Shown piece after piece: positions 1-12,547 of a stretch of DNA of 64,000 nt. Position 1 is the first letter of the stretch. Each line of letters opens with the position of its first letter. This DNA is from Leptogorgia sarmentosa (lineage: Eukaryota), in NCBI GenBank assembly GCA_964658305.1, contig OZ210885.1:21700001-21764000 (forward strand). Direction: 5' to 3'. The notes below the pieces were generated by a model that worked only from the letters and a program-made list of their open reading frames with translations, did no database searches and had not been told where the DNA came from. A program made the position numbers and the translations under genes.

Positions 1-387
1 ACCAGGAGAGCATTTACAACTGAATTTCATGCATTTGGTGTCCACAGTGACAATTACCCTGTTTTGAAATGACCAGTAGTGGTCCACCTTGACATTTGCA
101 AACACAGAAAAGTGTATGAATCGACTGGATGAAGATAGTGGCATCTGAACAATAAATGGCACCTTTTCCTTCAGACTTTAGCCATTTGATTAAATCTAAC
201 TTTTCTACTGAAAGTGGGGAGTCTAAAACAGGTTTAAGAAAATGTGTGGATTGTAAATGGTCACATAAAAAACCAGATTGTCCACTCCTGATTGATGTCT
301 CAGCATACTGACGGCATACTTGGGAACTACAATGTATCGTAGCAGGAGGGGTAACCATAAATTGGCAATGAATTGGATAGTCTACAC

Positions 388-1257
388 CATAGATATAGGA
401 AGCCTAGATTGCTGACTCCGTACGAAATGTGTGGCAACTTTTGAAAATCCAAGATGGCTGCTCAACCGGTCAAATGAATAGGAGCTAGTATAGGAAAAAC
501 CATGTTTTTCCCATTTTACGACCGCATAACGTTTCCGATCACGTTCTAGCACCATTTTTTTAAAATAACTACCCGTGCTGAAGGTTTTGGATGAAAACTG
601 TGCAATTTGAATGGAATTAACCCCGAAATAATCGATCGTAAAGAGCTGCCAAAACAGTCACTTGACTTGGTTCGAGACATTTCAGGTCAAGAATGAAGGT
701 TTTGGATAACTTTGAGGTGTTGGAATATTCTATAGGACTTCTGTGAAAGATAAGAAATAGAAAGCGGCGTGTTGGGAGAGAAACAGGAAGCGATTTGTCG
801 TCCACAATTCTCACTGTATATTTAGTCGTCGTTTCGGCGACCGAGTTGTCCGTGAAGGGAAATTCATCCAAGAGGCCAAAGTTTACAAAACATATTCTTT
901 CTGGCAACGATTAGTTGAAGAAAAATGAGTTAGTTTACCGGTTGATAGGCTCGAACGTCTTGAAACAACAATTTGACTGTTTTGGCCGCACTTTACGATC
1001 GATTATTTCGGGGTTAATTCCATTCAAATTGCACAATTTTCATCCAAAACCTTCAGCACGGGTAGTTATTTCCAAAAAATAGTGCTAGAACGTGGTCGGA
1101 AACGTTATGTGGTCGTAAAATGGGAAAAACATGGTTTTTCCTATACTAGCTCCTATTAATTTGACCGGTTGAGCAGCCATCTTGGATGCTCATGTTTGCC
1201 ACATGCGTCAGCATATAATTATTCTACAGTCAGCAATCTAGGCTTCCTATATCTATG
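388..1257. mobile_element. Non-autonomous DNA transposon (MITE) with ~270-bp TIRs and 8-bp TSD (P- or hAT-like)
   Basis: Starts CATAGATATAGGAAGCCTAGATTGCTGACT and ends AGTCAGCAATCTAGGCTTCCTATATCTATG. Inverted similarity extends to ~660/975. TSD GTCTACAC at 380-387 and 1258-1265. Confidence 0.93.
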
Positions 1258-1675
1258 GTCTACACCATGCCACTGTTTTCTAACTATCCCATCTAAATAT
1301 CCCATTTCTTTGGTCAACACAAATACCATTGAGAAATCTGTTTTGACTGATCTTCAAATTTGTTGACTGGTGCTGAGTGCGGATATGACTGCCGAGTGAG
1401 TTTGGGTGCAATTCTCAACCACATTTGTCATAAGGACATTTGATTTTTGGTGGTTGTTGTCGTAATGATCGAGTTGCAGGGGCTTTGAAGTCAAATGATT
1501 GAGTTTGGAAATCAGTGGACTCATCAACAAATACAAGGTCCTGCATTTGTGTAGGTGACTGTGGTTCCTGTTGGATAGGTTGATTTCCATGTGGCAGGTC
1601 CAATGTGGCATTTCCATGTTCTTGCTGCTCATCTTGCTGTGGTTGTTGTTGTTGGACCTGTTGCTGAGCATGAAA

Positions 1676-1747
1676 TTGTTGTTGTTGTTGTTGCTGCTGT
1701 TGTTGTTGCTGTTGTTGTTGTTGTTGTTGTTGTTGCTGCTGTTGTTG
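1676..1747 (-). repeat. (CAA/CAG)24 trinucleotide repeat encoding polyglutamine
   Basis: TTG/CTG run on + strand; Q24 in ORF 1415..1954 (-). Confidence 0.95.
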
Positions 1748-2830
1748 GGATGTTGTTGGCCCTGAAAGATTCAAGCTATAGTTGCTCTTTAAATGTCGCA
1801 CAAGCTCCTTTTCTCGTTTGAAACCTGCAGCACAACCATAGCAATGGTAATGGGTGATGTTTTTGAAGTCTTTATTCTGCCCTCTGCTGGTGGGAAAAGT
1901 GCAGGCCAGTTTACACCTTAAAATACTGAATCCTATTTGCAAGATAAAAATCAAAATGCATGAATATATGAATAATTGAATATATGCATTTCAAGCAATT
2001 ATGCAACCATGTTATATTCATGCTACAATATTCGTTATAAATATTCATGTCTCATAGCTAACCTCCGTCATCAACACGATTATTCCAGTGCACATTCTTA
2101 AAATGTTCTTTTATCTCGCTTGGTCTTGATTTCGAAAAGGTACAAAGATGGCAATGGAATAGATTGCCATCGCAATTAATGGAAGTACAGTCCGATCATC
2201 CACAACGAACAAAATTTACATCACATACTGCTTGTTTCACAATGGACAAATGCGTCCAGTTGCTGGACATAAGTTACTCTTATTTTGCATTAAATTACGA
2301 TATCTAAGAGTAATACTATGTGTAAGAGAGATTTACAGTGTTGAGAATATGATCGCTTAATCGCGGTTTATACTTATAACTATAAGCACAAAAAGTTGCG
2401 GGAAAATTTTTTTGTTTATAGATATAGTACTGATCTATAAATATTTTTAAAGCGGGAGTGATTTCTGTCGTATTTGCTCGTCTGTCTGTCTTATTTGCTG
2501 CTGGGAATAGCACGGTCTTACTCCTTATAAGGAATACGTACTAGATATACCTATCACTTGGGTCGATCTCTCGGGACAGAGGCTGTGGATGTTCTTTTTA
2601 TAAATCTTCGAGGCAGAAGCTTCGCTCTTCGCAATCTTCGTCACTTGGAGTACGGAAAATTTTTTGCGCACGTATGCTTGCCCCGGGGCTTAAATGACGT
2701 GTGGAGTGACGTATTGCCTGAATGCGGTGGGAGGGCCTGGGATCGAGTTTATTGCAACGAGTCATTTTAAGGTAGGAACTGAACTTAGGAATTTAAACTA
2801 CTTTTAGTTCTAGCGGACGAACAACAAATT

Positions 2831-3031
2831 TGAGCGTTGGCTCAGTATTTAATTAATATTCTGTTTGGTCAGCGGGTTTCCCCGCAGGCAGGTACTTTAA
2901 GTAAGCATAGACATAGATATAGCATGGTTGTTGTTGTTTTGGTTCGCCATTATTGGATATTGTAAAACGAAATAAAGAAATTCAATCCGTAGTAATCCGT
3001 CAAATTGCGAGTAGATAGGCGACCTATCACA
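2831..3031 (+). repeat. 5' LTR of Gypsy element
   Basis: Direct repeat of 8783-8985, followed by the PBS. Confidence 0.93.
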
Positions 3032-3178
3032 TTGGTGGCAGCTTTTGCAGTTATAAAACTCACATAGCTTACAGCGGTAAACGACGATGCCAAACGACGA
3101 ATAGCCAATAGAAACGAAACTGTGGGCGACCTTTGGAAGCAAAGTGACACCGGACGAGTTTGATAAGTTCGAAGCGGC

Positions 3179-4840
3179 GTGGACGGTGGCCAAGCGAGCC
3201 AACACCAGCAAAACAACACCAGCGAAACAAACAAACCCATTCGGTGGTCAACGGCGGAAGGGCGAGCTAATATGTTATTAGCACAGTTAACAGATAATGT
3301 TCTTGTATGGGCGATTCGTCAAACGGAGGAAGTTCAAACAAACGATAGTGAGTTTGGGAAACACAACGCGAAGGCGACGGCAACGGCATTGGCCGAGCAA
3401 AAAGACTGGCACTACAAACATTTTCACGTTGTCTTTTATTTGACGGCGCGTTCAGAACGGCATTTCGCTCTATTTCACGTTGTCAAGACAACTTCTGTAT
3501 TTCTGCTCTGTTTTGGAAAGAAAAATGGCCGAAAATAAGTAAGTATTGCTTTTATAACTGCTAATAATGATAAGTATCGCTTCATGCTATCCTAGTAGTT
3601 ATTATAAACAGTAATTTCTGAACATATTGTTCGCTTGACATATTGCTTGACATATTGTAAACAATTTGTATTGCGCTATTGGCTACGGTTACACGTTTGT
3701 GTTTATTATACGAACTGATTGTGATCTTTGTATTTATTTTTTTCAAAGTTTTTAAATAACTTTAACATCTGTTCACACATTTAAATAATTTGTTTATGTT
3801 AATTATTTTTATATTGTAAAGGAAAGCGAATGTGGCCATGAAATGGACACCACAACACGACCTGGAACTTGTAAAAGAAATGCTGGCAGAAAGGCCGTTC
3901 GATTTTCCTAAAGGATCTCGCGAGATTGGCGCTGTTTGGAAAAAAATCATGTCGAATTTAAACTCGAACACAGAAATAAACTTCACATTAAACACAATTC
4001 GAGCTGTGAGGGAAAATTTTAACGTTGCCGTTCTGAAATTCCCAAACAAATTTTTTTACGACGGCATGCGCACCAATCGACATAGTCGTACCCAGGCCTC
4101 CGCGCTCCATTTTCGCGTTGCCGTCGCCTTTTCCCAAACTCACTGATGTCGCTTTATTGACGGCGCTTAAAGAAAAATACGCTAAGGTTAAATCACAAGA
4201 AGCTTATCAACAGGACTGGCGAAGCATTAGTCAACAACCAGGTGAGAAATTTGACGATTATTTTCACCGCCTTGAAGTAGCATATGACAATGCTTATAGA
4301 AGCCCTGAGTTTCGTGACCAAAAAGTAAAGTCCCGTTTGTTGGTTGAAAAATTCCGAGACTCAATCTGTGATGTGAGGGCCAGGGAAAGCATTTTAGACA
4401 AAGGCATCCTGGATGACCAGGGAAAATTGAAGGACCCCCTAGTTATTATTAGTATGGCTAAGCGGGCGACCGAGGTAGGGGATCTCCTAAAGTCCAACAA
4501 ATCTGTGGGACTGGTTTCTGCACCGACTTCAGATAATTTACAAACAGTAATTACTGAGGCAGTCGATAAAGCAGTGGTGGCAGCATTGCAACGAAATGGC
4601 CCACAGTTGCCTCGACAAAACCGCCAAGGGTCTGGCAAGGGAGCTGAGAGTGGTAACCCCAAGATTTGGCAATGTCATTATTGCAATACCACAAATCATG
4701 TTGGGGGGTGGAGAGCATGCCCAGATAGGCTTAAGTTCCACCCCACATGGACCCCAAGAAATCGTCAAAAACCATCACTACGAAGGGTGATGGAATCCAG
4801 AGAGGGTTCCCCAGAACAGGATTTTCGCAAGACCCCGTAA
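3179..4840 (+). pseudogene. gag: Gypsy gag, interrupted by Harbinger-like insertion
   Basis: ORF 3179 (...EEVQTND) and ORF 4118 (DVALLTALKEKY...QQPGEKFDDYFHRL...CHYCNTTNH...C knuckle) join in frame once 3347-4144 and one GAT are removed. Confidence 0.85.
3347..4144. mobile_element. PIF/Harbinger-like non-autonomous element with Myb/SANT-like ORF remnant
   Basis: TIRs AGTGAGTTTGGGAAA...TTTCCCAAACTCACT with subterminal AAGGCGACGGCAACG/CGTTGCCGTCGCCTT. 3-bp TSD GAT (3344-3346, 4145-4147). Internal ORF 3832.. MKWTPQHDLELVKEML...KGSREIGAVWKKIMSNLN...RAVRENF resembles a Harbinger DNA-binding protein. Confidence 0.85.
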
Positions 4841-7800
4841 CAAAACGTGGCGGTTGCGGGACAAGAACAAAAAAATTGCCACGAAAAAGGAGGGGACAGG
4901 TATCAAAAAAGGGGGTGGGCCCCCAAGATGATGATTTTTTACCAACTGCTGAGGAGATTAAAGCAATGCATCGTGGAAGAGTGACAAAGTTGAGTAGGGG
5001 CGATTCAGAAATGGATGGACCCTACGAAAGGCGAAATGAATCCATTAGACACTTAAAGGGGGTATTAAAGCGTAGCCCCTTCATACGGGCGCAATGGGGA
5101 AATGACGGGACTCGTGTTAGTATATTGTTGGATACTGGTGCAGAAGTCAGTCTGATTGATGAAAGTATACTGACAAGCACTGAAAAGAAGGAAATGAAGG
5201 AACCAGATGCACAACCGCCAAAGGGGGTGAGCGGTGAAACTATGAATTTCATTGGCACCCTGACAAAAACCGTAAAAGTGGGAAACCAAGTAGTCCGAAA
5301 CCTAGCAGGGATTGATCTCATATACAGACTGGGAAGAGTGACTTGGGACCCTAAGAAAGAACATTTGTTTATACACGAAACAGTTAAAGGGGTCCCACTA
5401 GAACCGATGTATCGAACAGCTAGCAAATTCAACACAGTAAACCCATGTGATGTTACGGTAAGAGAGAGGGTTGTAATACAGCCTGGGAAGGAATGTTTAG
5501 TCGGATTCGAGTACATGGCAGAACCAGCAACACCCAACGATGATGAGCCATTTAGGACAGCTTGCTGTATTGTGCGAGTAAACGATGATAATGAGCTATG
5601 GTTACGAGTAATCAATGTGAGTAAAGTTAGCGAAACATTAGAGAATGGTGATAAGATTGCCCAGCTTCACCCAGAGTTTGAGACCTCAATACCAGGCAAA
5701 AATGTGAAGCCCAAACAGACAAGCCGTGTGATGCAATATCAGGGCGATGATCAGTTGGATGCAAGAAAACGAGATGAGCTGAACAATCTACTATCAGAAT
5801 ATTCTGAAGTGTTTTGGCAACCAGGTGATAATCTTCCATCAGTTAAAGGGAAAGGGAAACACTGTATTAGATTAAAACCAGGGTCGCGACCAGTAGCTGT
5901 GAGACCAAGAAGATTGTCACCTAGTGAACGTGGAGAAGTCAGAAAAGAGATAGATTATCTGCCTAATCAAGGGTTAATCAAAGAAACCAATAGTCCATGG
6001 GCAGCACCAATAGTGGTGGTACGAAGGAAGAATGGACAAATCAGGCTTGCTATCGATTATCGAGCATTGAATGCTCAATCATTTGACCAACATCACCCTA
6101 TACCACGAATTGATGACTTGATTGACAGGTTAGGAGATGCCAAATACTTCTCCTCTTTGGACATGAAAAGTGGATATTACCAAATGCCACTGAGAGAAGA
6201 GGATGCAGAGCTTACGGGTTTTGTAACTCCAGATGGACATTTTCAATGGACGGGACGTGGAACTCCGTTTGGCTTATCGGGAGCACCGGCAACGTTCCAA
6301 CGGTTAATGTCAAGCGTTCTCGGTTCACTTAACTGGGAGGTTGCACTATGTTACTTAGACGACATACTAGTGTGGGGTGCAACTTGGACAGAACACCTTC
6401 GACGACTTCGAAAAGTCTTGCAGAAGATTCAGGACGACTTATTGACTTTCTGGGACACGTAATTGGTGATGGAATGCTGTCAATGAATGAAGCCAGAAGG
6501 GAGCAGCTCTTGAAGACGCCATTGCCGACCACTGTAACAATGCTGCAGAAAGCCCTCGGAGCATTTTCGTATGTGCAGCGTTGGATTCCAGGAATGGCAG
6601 ATATAGCTCAACCCCTGTACCAACTTTTAGACAAGGATGGCAAGAAAGAACTCAAATGGACACCCACGACAAGGGCAGCATTCGAGAAACTCAAGGAACA
6701 AGTTGTTAATCCTCCGGCCTTGTACCTACCTGATTTTACAAGACCATTCGTTTTAGTGACAGATGCTTCTGGGTTAGGAACAGGAGCTATGTTGGCTCAA
6801 CGCGATCATCTTCAGCCAGAGGGACCATTAAGACCCATAGCATTCTTTCATCACACCTTATCAACCAGTGAGAGAAACTACAGCACTACAGATAGAGAAC
6901 TCCTGGCAGTAGTATTAGCAGTAAAGAAGTTTCGAGTCTACCTTGCTGGCAAGCGCTTTGACTTAATAACAGACCACAGAGCATTGGCATGGATAAATGA
7001 GAGTCTGGATCTACATGACGTTCAAGGCAGACGAGGAAGGTGGAATTTCTCCAACAATACCCATTCAACCCTGTACATCGTGCTGGGAAATCCCCGGAGT
7101 TAGCTATGGCTGATTATCTGTCTAGAGTGGGACATGGCGAACAAGTGGCATCTTTGCGGTTGGCAAACTTGGCTACAAATCAAGCAGAATCAGACGGTGC
7201 CTACCGGTTATTCCCAATCCTTTCAGAGAAAGATATTCGAGATGCACAAAAATCTTGCCCAGCGGTAGGAGAATATCTGGCAGCATGTGAAAGACAACGT
7301 ACGAATGAATGGTGCGACAACGAAGCGAAGACATTGTGGCAAGCACGAGATAGGCTCATGATTTCCCCAGATGGTATTCTACGATATCGAAACTACAAAG
7401 GACGCTCAACAGATTATAATCCTTTGGGGAAAAACTGTCAGCTTCTGGTTGTGCTTCCTCAAAGTCTATGTCGGCGTCTTCTGAAATTGGTTCATGATTC
7501 ACCTCTAGGAGGGCATATGGGACGTGATAGAACATGGGATCGCATCCGTACTATGGTTTGGTGGCCTGGGATCCAATCAGATGTGGCGAAATATGTGGCA
7601 GGCTGTGATATCTGTCAACGTGTCAAACATCATCGAAGGGGAAAAGCACCTTTGACAAAAACCGAAATACCTAACCGACCATTCCAACGCATTCAGATTG
7701 ATTTTGTTGGTCCTGTTCAAGCATCAGTACCAGAAGGGTTTACATATGTCCTTGCTATGCAAGATGTATTGACACGTTATGTCAAATTAGTGGCCACATT

Positions 7801-8667
7801 AGATAATTCTGCTGAAACAGCTGTACGTGTTCTTATAGACGAATGGATTACACAGTTTGATTTACCAGAAGTTATTGGCAGCGATCAAGGAACTCATTTT
7901 ACTGCCATCGTCTTTGAAACAGTCTGCAAAGAACTAGGTATTGAACATGCTCGTGGTAGTCCTGAACATGCCCAATCACAAGGGCAAGTAGAGCGGCAGA
8001 ATCAGTTATTTGCAAACATCAGAGCGGTATGCAACAGGAATCCAGCAAGCTGGCCAAGGGCGATGCACGTCGTAACATTTGCACATAACACCTCGATCAA
8101 CAAGACTACCGGACTAACTCCACACGAACTTGTTTTTAAACAGCAGGCTAGAAGGCCAGAAACCTTCCTTACTTGAAGATACGGGGGGGGGAAGACGAAG
8201 AATGGGTACCAGAGACACCACAGGAAATATCAATTGCAGGTCAGTCACGCTCTGATGTGAAGAAACTTGATGATGTTTTTCAGCTGGTCAAGCGAAGGAT
8301 CTCACTAGAACAGGACAAACGTGGTCAAAGAACTAAAGTGACAATGAAACAACCGTTTGAGATAGGACAGCGTGTTCGAACACGGTTAACACCCAAGGAA
8401 AGGAACAAAAATGGTGGCAAGAAACTGGCAGACCTGAAGAGTAAAGAATATACAGTGATTGGGCGAAAGGGAAATACCTACAAGCTACGAGCGAGTGATA
8501 ACCCTAACGAAAGGATACAACGACACTATAATGAATTAGAAGTGGCACCAAGACAGACTTTATCTTGGGAGACGGACAGCACAGACAATCCAACGGATGA
8601 CAGTGACAGCGAGACTGAAGAAGTTCCTCTACGACGCAGTCAGCGGAGAAATCGGGCACCATTGTGA
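4747..8667 (+). pseudogene. pol: Gypsy pol (protease, RT, RNase H, integrase), frameshifted
   Basis: LLDTGAEVSLI protease; SPWAAPIVVV, IDYRALN, YLDD RT; VTDAS and TDHRAL RNase H (6348..7103); HDSPLGGH...CDIC, IDFVGP, SDQGTHF, GQVER integrase (7040..8176). Confidence 0.95.
4819..4883 (+). promoter_or_regulatory. Putative -1 programmed ribosomal frameshift signal (slippery heptamer + H-type pseudoknot) at gag/pol overlap
   Basis: G GAT TTT at 4819-4825 in gag frame; 8-nt spacer; stem1 4834-4841/4853-4860; stem2 4846-4852/4877-4883; pol is in the -1 frame. Confidence 0.75.
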
Positions 8668-8780
8668 CTGCAGGTTGATGGACACCAAAAACGTTATAAC
8701 CAGCATGAAGTTATAGTTACTGATATAGACGAGTCAGTAGACAAATACTAAATAGTTCATTGTTGTATATAGAGGGGGAG

Positions 8781-8985
8781 TGTGAGCGTTGGCTCAGTAT
8801 TTAATTAATATTCTGTTTGGTCAGCGGGTTTCCCCGCAGGCAGGTACTTTAAGTAAGCATAGACATAGATATAGCATGGTTGTTGTTGTTTTGGTTTTTG
8901 CATTTATTGGATATTGTAAAACGAAATAAAGAAATTCAATCCGTAGTAATCCGTCAAATTGCGAGTAGATAGGCGACCTATCACA
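8781..8985 (+). repeat. 3' LTR of Gypsy element
   Basis: TGTGA...TCACA, preceded by the PPT, followed by TSD AATT. Confidence 0.93.
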
Positions 8986-9509
8986 AATTAAATACGAGCA
9001 ATAGCATTTAACCTCGATAAAACATTCAAAAAACATTATTGCAATAAAAAAAATGAGATGCGTACAAATAAATTTTTGTAAATACAAACAGTTTTCTATT
9101 TCTATTATTCTAGAAAGTAGACTAATACTTTGTTCGTGAAATCTAGTGATGTGAATGTGATAAGCATCTATTCATTTAGTAAATGTTTAATATATTCTTT
9201 CATACCTTTGTCTCTTCCATGTGTTCTACATTTACATCATTGAAATGGTCGAATAGTTTGAGAATTGAGATTATTACGGGGAAAAAATTTCACAGTAAAA
9301 TTGTTATTCGTAATATATTGCGCTGTTTTTGCGCTGTTAGCGAATTCCAACATATGACGCTCAGGGAGCTCTAAGTTGTATTATTGTGTATATATTTTTT
9401 AACGCGCTGCTTTTGTGCCGCCAAGTAAAAAATCAGATTAAGCTAGTACGCCAAGATTTCCTTAACCCCACGCCGAATATATTCCGATTTGACTGCACAG
9501 AATGCACCC

Positions 9510-10260
9510 TGGAATTGGTTAGGGTCAGATTAAGGATTGGGTTGGGTATACGTCGGTGTGTGGGAGTAGGGGTGCCAGGAATTTTCTTTCGAGAATTGGA
9601 GGGTTGGGGTGGGAGAGTGGGGTTAGGGCTACGGTGGGGGTTGGGGTCCGTTTGGGGATAGGTTGGGTTTATGTGTGTTGGGAGGGTTTTGGTTGTTTGT
9701 GTGAGTGGAGAGGAAGAGGTTGAGGAGGTTGGGAATTGGGTTCGGGTTAGGTCAAGGGTGTATTGGAGGGTTGGGGTTAGGGTCAGGTTAAGGATTGGGT
9801 TGGGATTAGGACATAGGTCCATATAGGGATTAAGGTTGGAGATGGTTAGGGTCAGGTTTAGGATTTGGGTTGGGATTAGATTTCGATTGAGGTGACCAGT
9901 GGCAGTTGTATTGTGTGGTGCTTCCTCTTGGAACGATCACGGGGCACAGAAGGAAAATGGGAAGTTGGAGTTGTGCAAGTGGAAGCAAACGTAATGATGG
10001 TTTAAGGGTTTAGGTGTAGGATTTGGATGGGGGTTGGCTTCAAGGTTTAGTTTTATGACTTGGGATGGATCAGTTGGGATCAGGATTGGGTTTTTTAGAA
10101 TATTTATCCGATTGATCATGGTTGTTGGTGGGTTCAGCTGTATTGTGTGATGCTTCCACTTGGATCGGTCCCAATATTGGGGGAAAAAGGGGAGGATAGA
10201 CGGGTTGAGTAGGTGGAAACAGACATGATGATGGAGGATGGTGGTTGATATACGTGTGTG
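9510..10260. repeat. G/T-skewed degenerate repeat region (GGTTAGGGTCAGGTTAAGGATTGGGTTGGG units plus two diverged ~100-bp copies)
   Basis: Units at ~9516, ~9776 and ~9844; diverged duplicate segments at ~9899 and ~10130. Confidence 0.6.
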
Positions 10261-10575
10261 ATGATTGCTGTGAGGTATGAGGCACCAAATATAACAATAT
10301 TTCACCTATTGTATTTGTATGGGAAAAGGCAATATTTACATCTGCACATGGATTTATTCCTTTTGATTTCATAAATATTTACGGCTACTGAAAATATTTA
10401 CGGCTACTGAATATATTTATGGCTACTGAATATATTTACGGCTACTATTATTTACGGCTACTGAGCAAGTACCCGCAAATACGTACAGTGTCTGCTTACA
10501 GGAGGTTCAACTGTACATTTGTGTGATTATGCGACTGCGAGATCACTGTGCGAGTCTGCGAGATCAGTGAAAAAC

Positions 10576-11759
10576 ATGGCGGGTCATTATGATTTGAATA
10601 GGTTCTTCATAGAGGATATTCCTTCAATTCACAACCAAGCTCAACGAAATCTTTTTTCGAATGATATTAACGTATTAGAATTTTTTGTACGACGTTTAGA
10701 TGATCATATTTTTGTTATACAATCTGTGTTACGTCAATGTTTGTACATGGAAACAGACGCACATTGATAATTTAATCGATCTACTTTTCAATTTGTGTTG
10801 CCACATTAACTCTCGACGTGAAGATATGCAGCAACATGTTTTCATGGGCAGAGAATATTATTCACAATTCGAATTTGTGTGTCCTATCGAACAGCCTCGA
10901 AATCCTGGAAGACCAAGATATCACGTACCGGAATCAGCTATATCTGGTTTGTTCGCCATTCATCGTTCTTGGACAGTGGTTGCAAGAGAAGCTGGAGTTT
11001 CATATAGAACTCTCTTACGAAGGCGTCATCAATACCACCTTAAAGTTGCTAATACTCAAGGTCCACGAAACTTTTTTTCAGAAATAACTGATGAAGATTT
11101 GTGTAACAGTGTAAGAGAAGTGTTGCAAATACTGCCAAATGCTGGTGAAACCTATGTAATCGGGGCAATAAGAAGCAGAGGAATTTTTGTGCAATGGCAA
11201 CGAGTTCGAGATGCTATTAATACAATAGATCCAGTCAGTAGAGCCTTGCGACGTCAGAGAGCAATTGTTAGGAGAACATACAATGTACCATGTCCTAATG
11301 CCCTAAGGTAAGTGAAATTTGAAATGCTTGGTGAAATATCTTGAAATGTTCTACGTACATAATGCAGGTTTAAAATTTTTGAACACTCGTTTCAGGCATG
11401 TCAATGGCCACCATAAACTCATACGGTGGCGATTTGTAATACATGGAGGCATTGATGGATTCAGTCAATGTGTTGTTTATCTTAATTGCAGTACAAATAA
11501 CAAGGCAGACACAGTGGTATCACTCTTTGTATCAGCTGTTGCGTCCTTTGGTCTACCTTCTCGGGTAAGATCAGATATGGAGAATGTAGATATTGCCAAG
11601 TATATGCTGCACCATCCTAAGAGGGGCCCAAATTGCGGAAGTATGATTACTGGAAAAAGCGTACACAACCAGAGAATTGAACGTCTCTGGTTGGAGAAAA
11701 ACATCGTACTATACTACCGAAACATTTTTTACTACTTAGAACACTGTAACCTTCTGTAA
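10576..11759 (+). pseudogene. Integrase-core (IS3EU-like) DDE transposase A, 3'-truncated
   Basis: PGRPRY, HTH (WTVVAREAGVSYRTLLRRR), RRTYNVPCPNAL, intron 11308-11395 (GT...AG), [40 protein letters not shown]. Breaks at a ~50-bp tandem duplication (11710-11812). Confidence 0.85.
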
Positions 11760-12547
11760 CATATACTACCAAAACATTTTTTACTACTTAGAACACTGTA
11801 ACCTTCTGTAACACTGTAAACATTTCATTTATGGTGGTCAATTTTTGGTGATGGTCGGATGAGGTTGGTGTACATGTATTTTCATCCAACTTTGGGCTAA
11901 ACAGTAAATAAAAAATACAGGAATTAAATTGCAACTTTCAATGTGTAATAAATTAGAGTTACAAACCTAACAGGTTTGAGTGACACCATTATGATAATAT
12001 TGAGGTTCACATTTGACTTTTGCTACCATTAGGAGACCATGAATCAATCAAATGTGTTGTCTATCCAGTTAACCAATCACATGCTCAATACGTCAGTGAA
12101 AGTAGCAGTAGTGGAAGTCAAATCTGAACCTCACTAATAATTATATCTAGTCTTTCATCATTAACAAAAATGGAAAATATCATATCATATAACATTTTTT
12201 GTCGGGGTACGTCATCAATGTCACATTTGTCATCATTGTCACTTTTGTCATCAAAAATATCCAATTCCTCCTGTAAAATGTAAAAATGAAGTGAAAGTAA
12301 ATGAATGTTATTCAAATTCTTGAGCAAAGTACTGTTCATTTTGATAATGATTAGTAACAGTTTAACATGGCAACTTCATGTTCATTTTGATAATGATTAG
12401 TAACATGATTAAACATGGCAACCTACCATGTCATCATCAGAAAGGACAATGGGCGTAGATGGTAATAACCATACGGTTCTCTGAGTAAATATTTTGCTGA
12501 TCAATTCGCCAGTTAAACTTTGTTCTTGTGTCAGTTGTGGTTCCACA

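Larger units (their letters stand above)
14..2270 (-). pseudogene. Disrupted multi-exon Cys/His-rich (zinc-finger) gene with polyQ tract, possibly HMGXB3/KDZ-transposase-like N-terminus; continues off the window's left edge
   Basis: Exon ~2063-2270 reads FHCHLCTFSKSRPSEIKEHFKNVH. Exon from ~1916 reads HYHCYGC...HLK, Q24, KCPYDKC. Removing the 388-1257 MITE plus one TSD joins IVRKQWHGVD to YPIHCQFMVTPP...CRQY...RSGQSGFLCDHL (ORF 14..358). Stops and a frameshift are present. Family assignment is from motif memory only. Confidence 0.45.
2831..8985 (+). mobile_element. Full-length (decayed) Gypsy/Ty3 LTR retrotransposon
   Basis: Near-identical ~200-bp LTRs at 2831-3031 and 8781/8783-8985, ending TCACA. 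TSD AATT (2827-2830, 8986-8989). PBS TGGTGGCAGC (tRNA-Leu-like) at 3033. PPT AGAGGGGGAG at 8771-8780. Domain order PR-RT-RH-IN. Confidence 0.95.

Noticed and set aside
1571..1821. Poly-Leu/poly-Val ORFs on +
   Set aside because: Antisense readings of the CAA/CAG repeat.
5440..5680. dUTPase-like segment between Gypsy protease and RT
   Set aside because: Only vague beta-rich similarity; catalytic motifs not recognisable without an HMM.
9510..9880. TTAGGG-containing tract as an interstitial telomere
   Set aside because: Only scattered single TTAGGG units within longer degenerate repeats.
10373..10464. Five 19-bp direct repeats, superficially CRISPR-like
   Set aside because: Head-to-tail with no spacers, no cas genes, eukaryotic context; mirrored at 17747-17799 as subterminal repeats.
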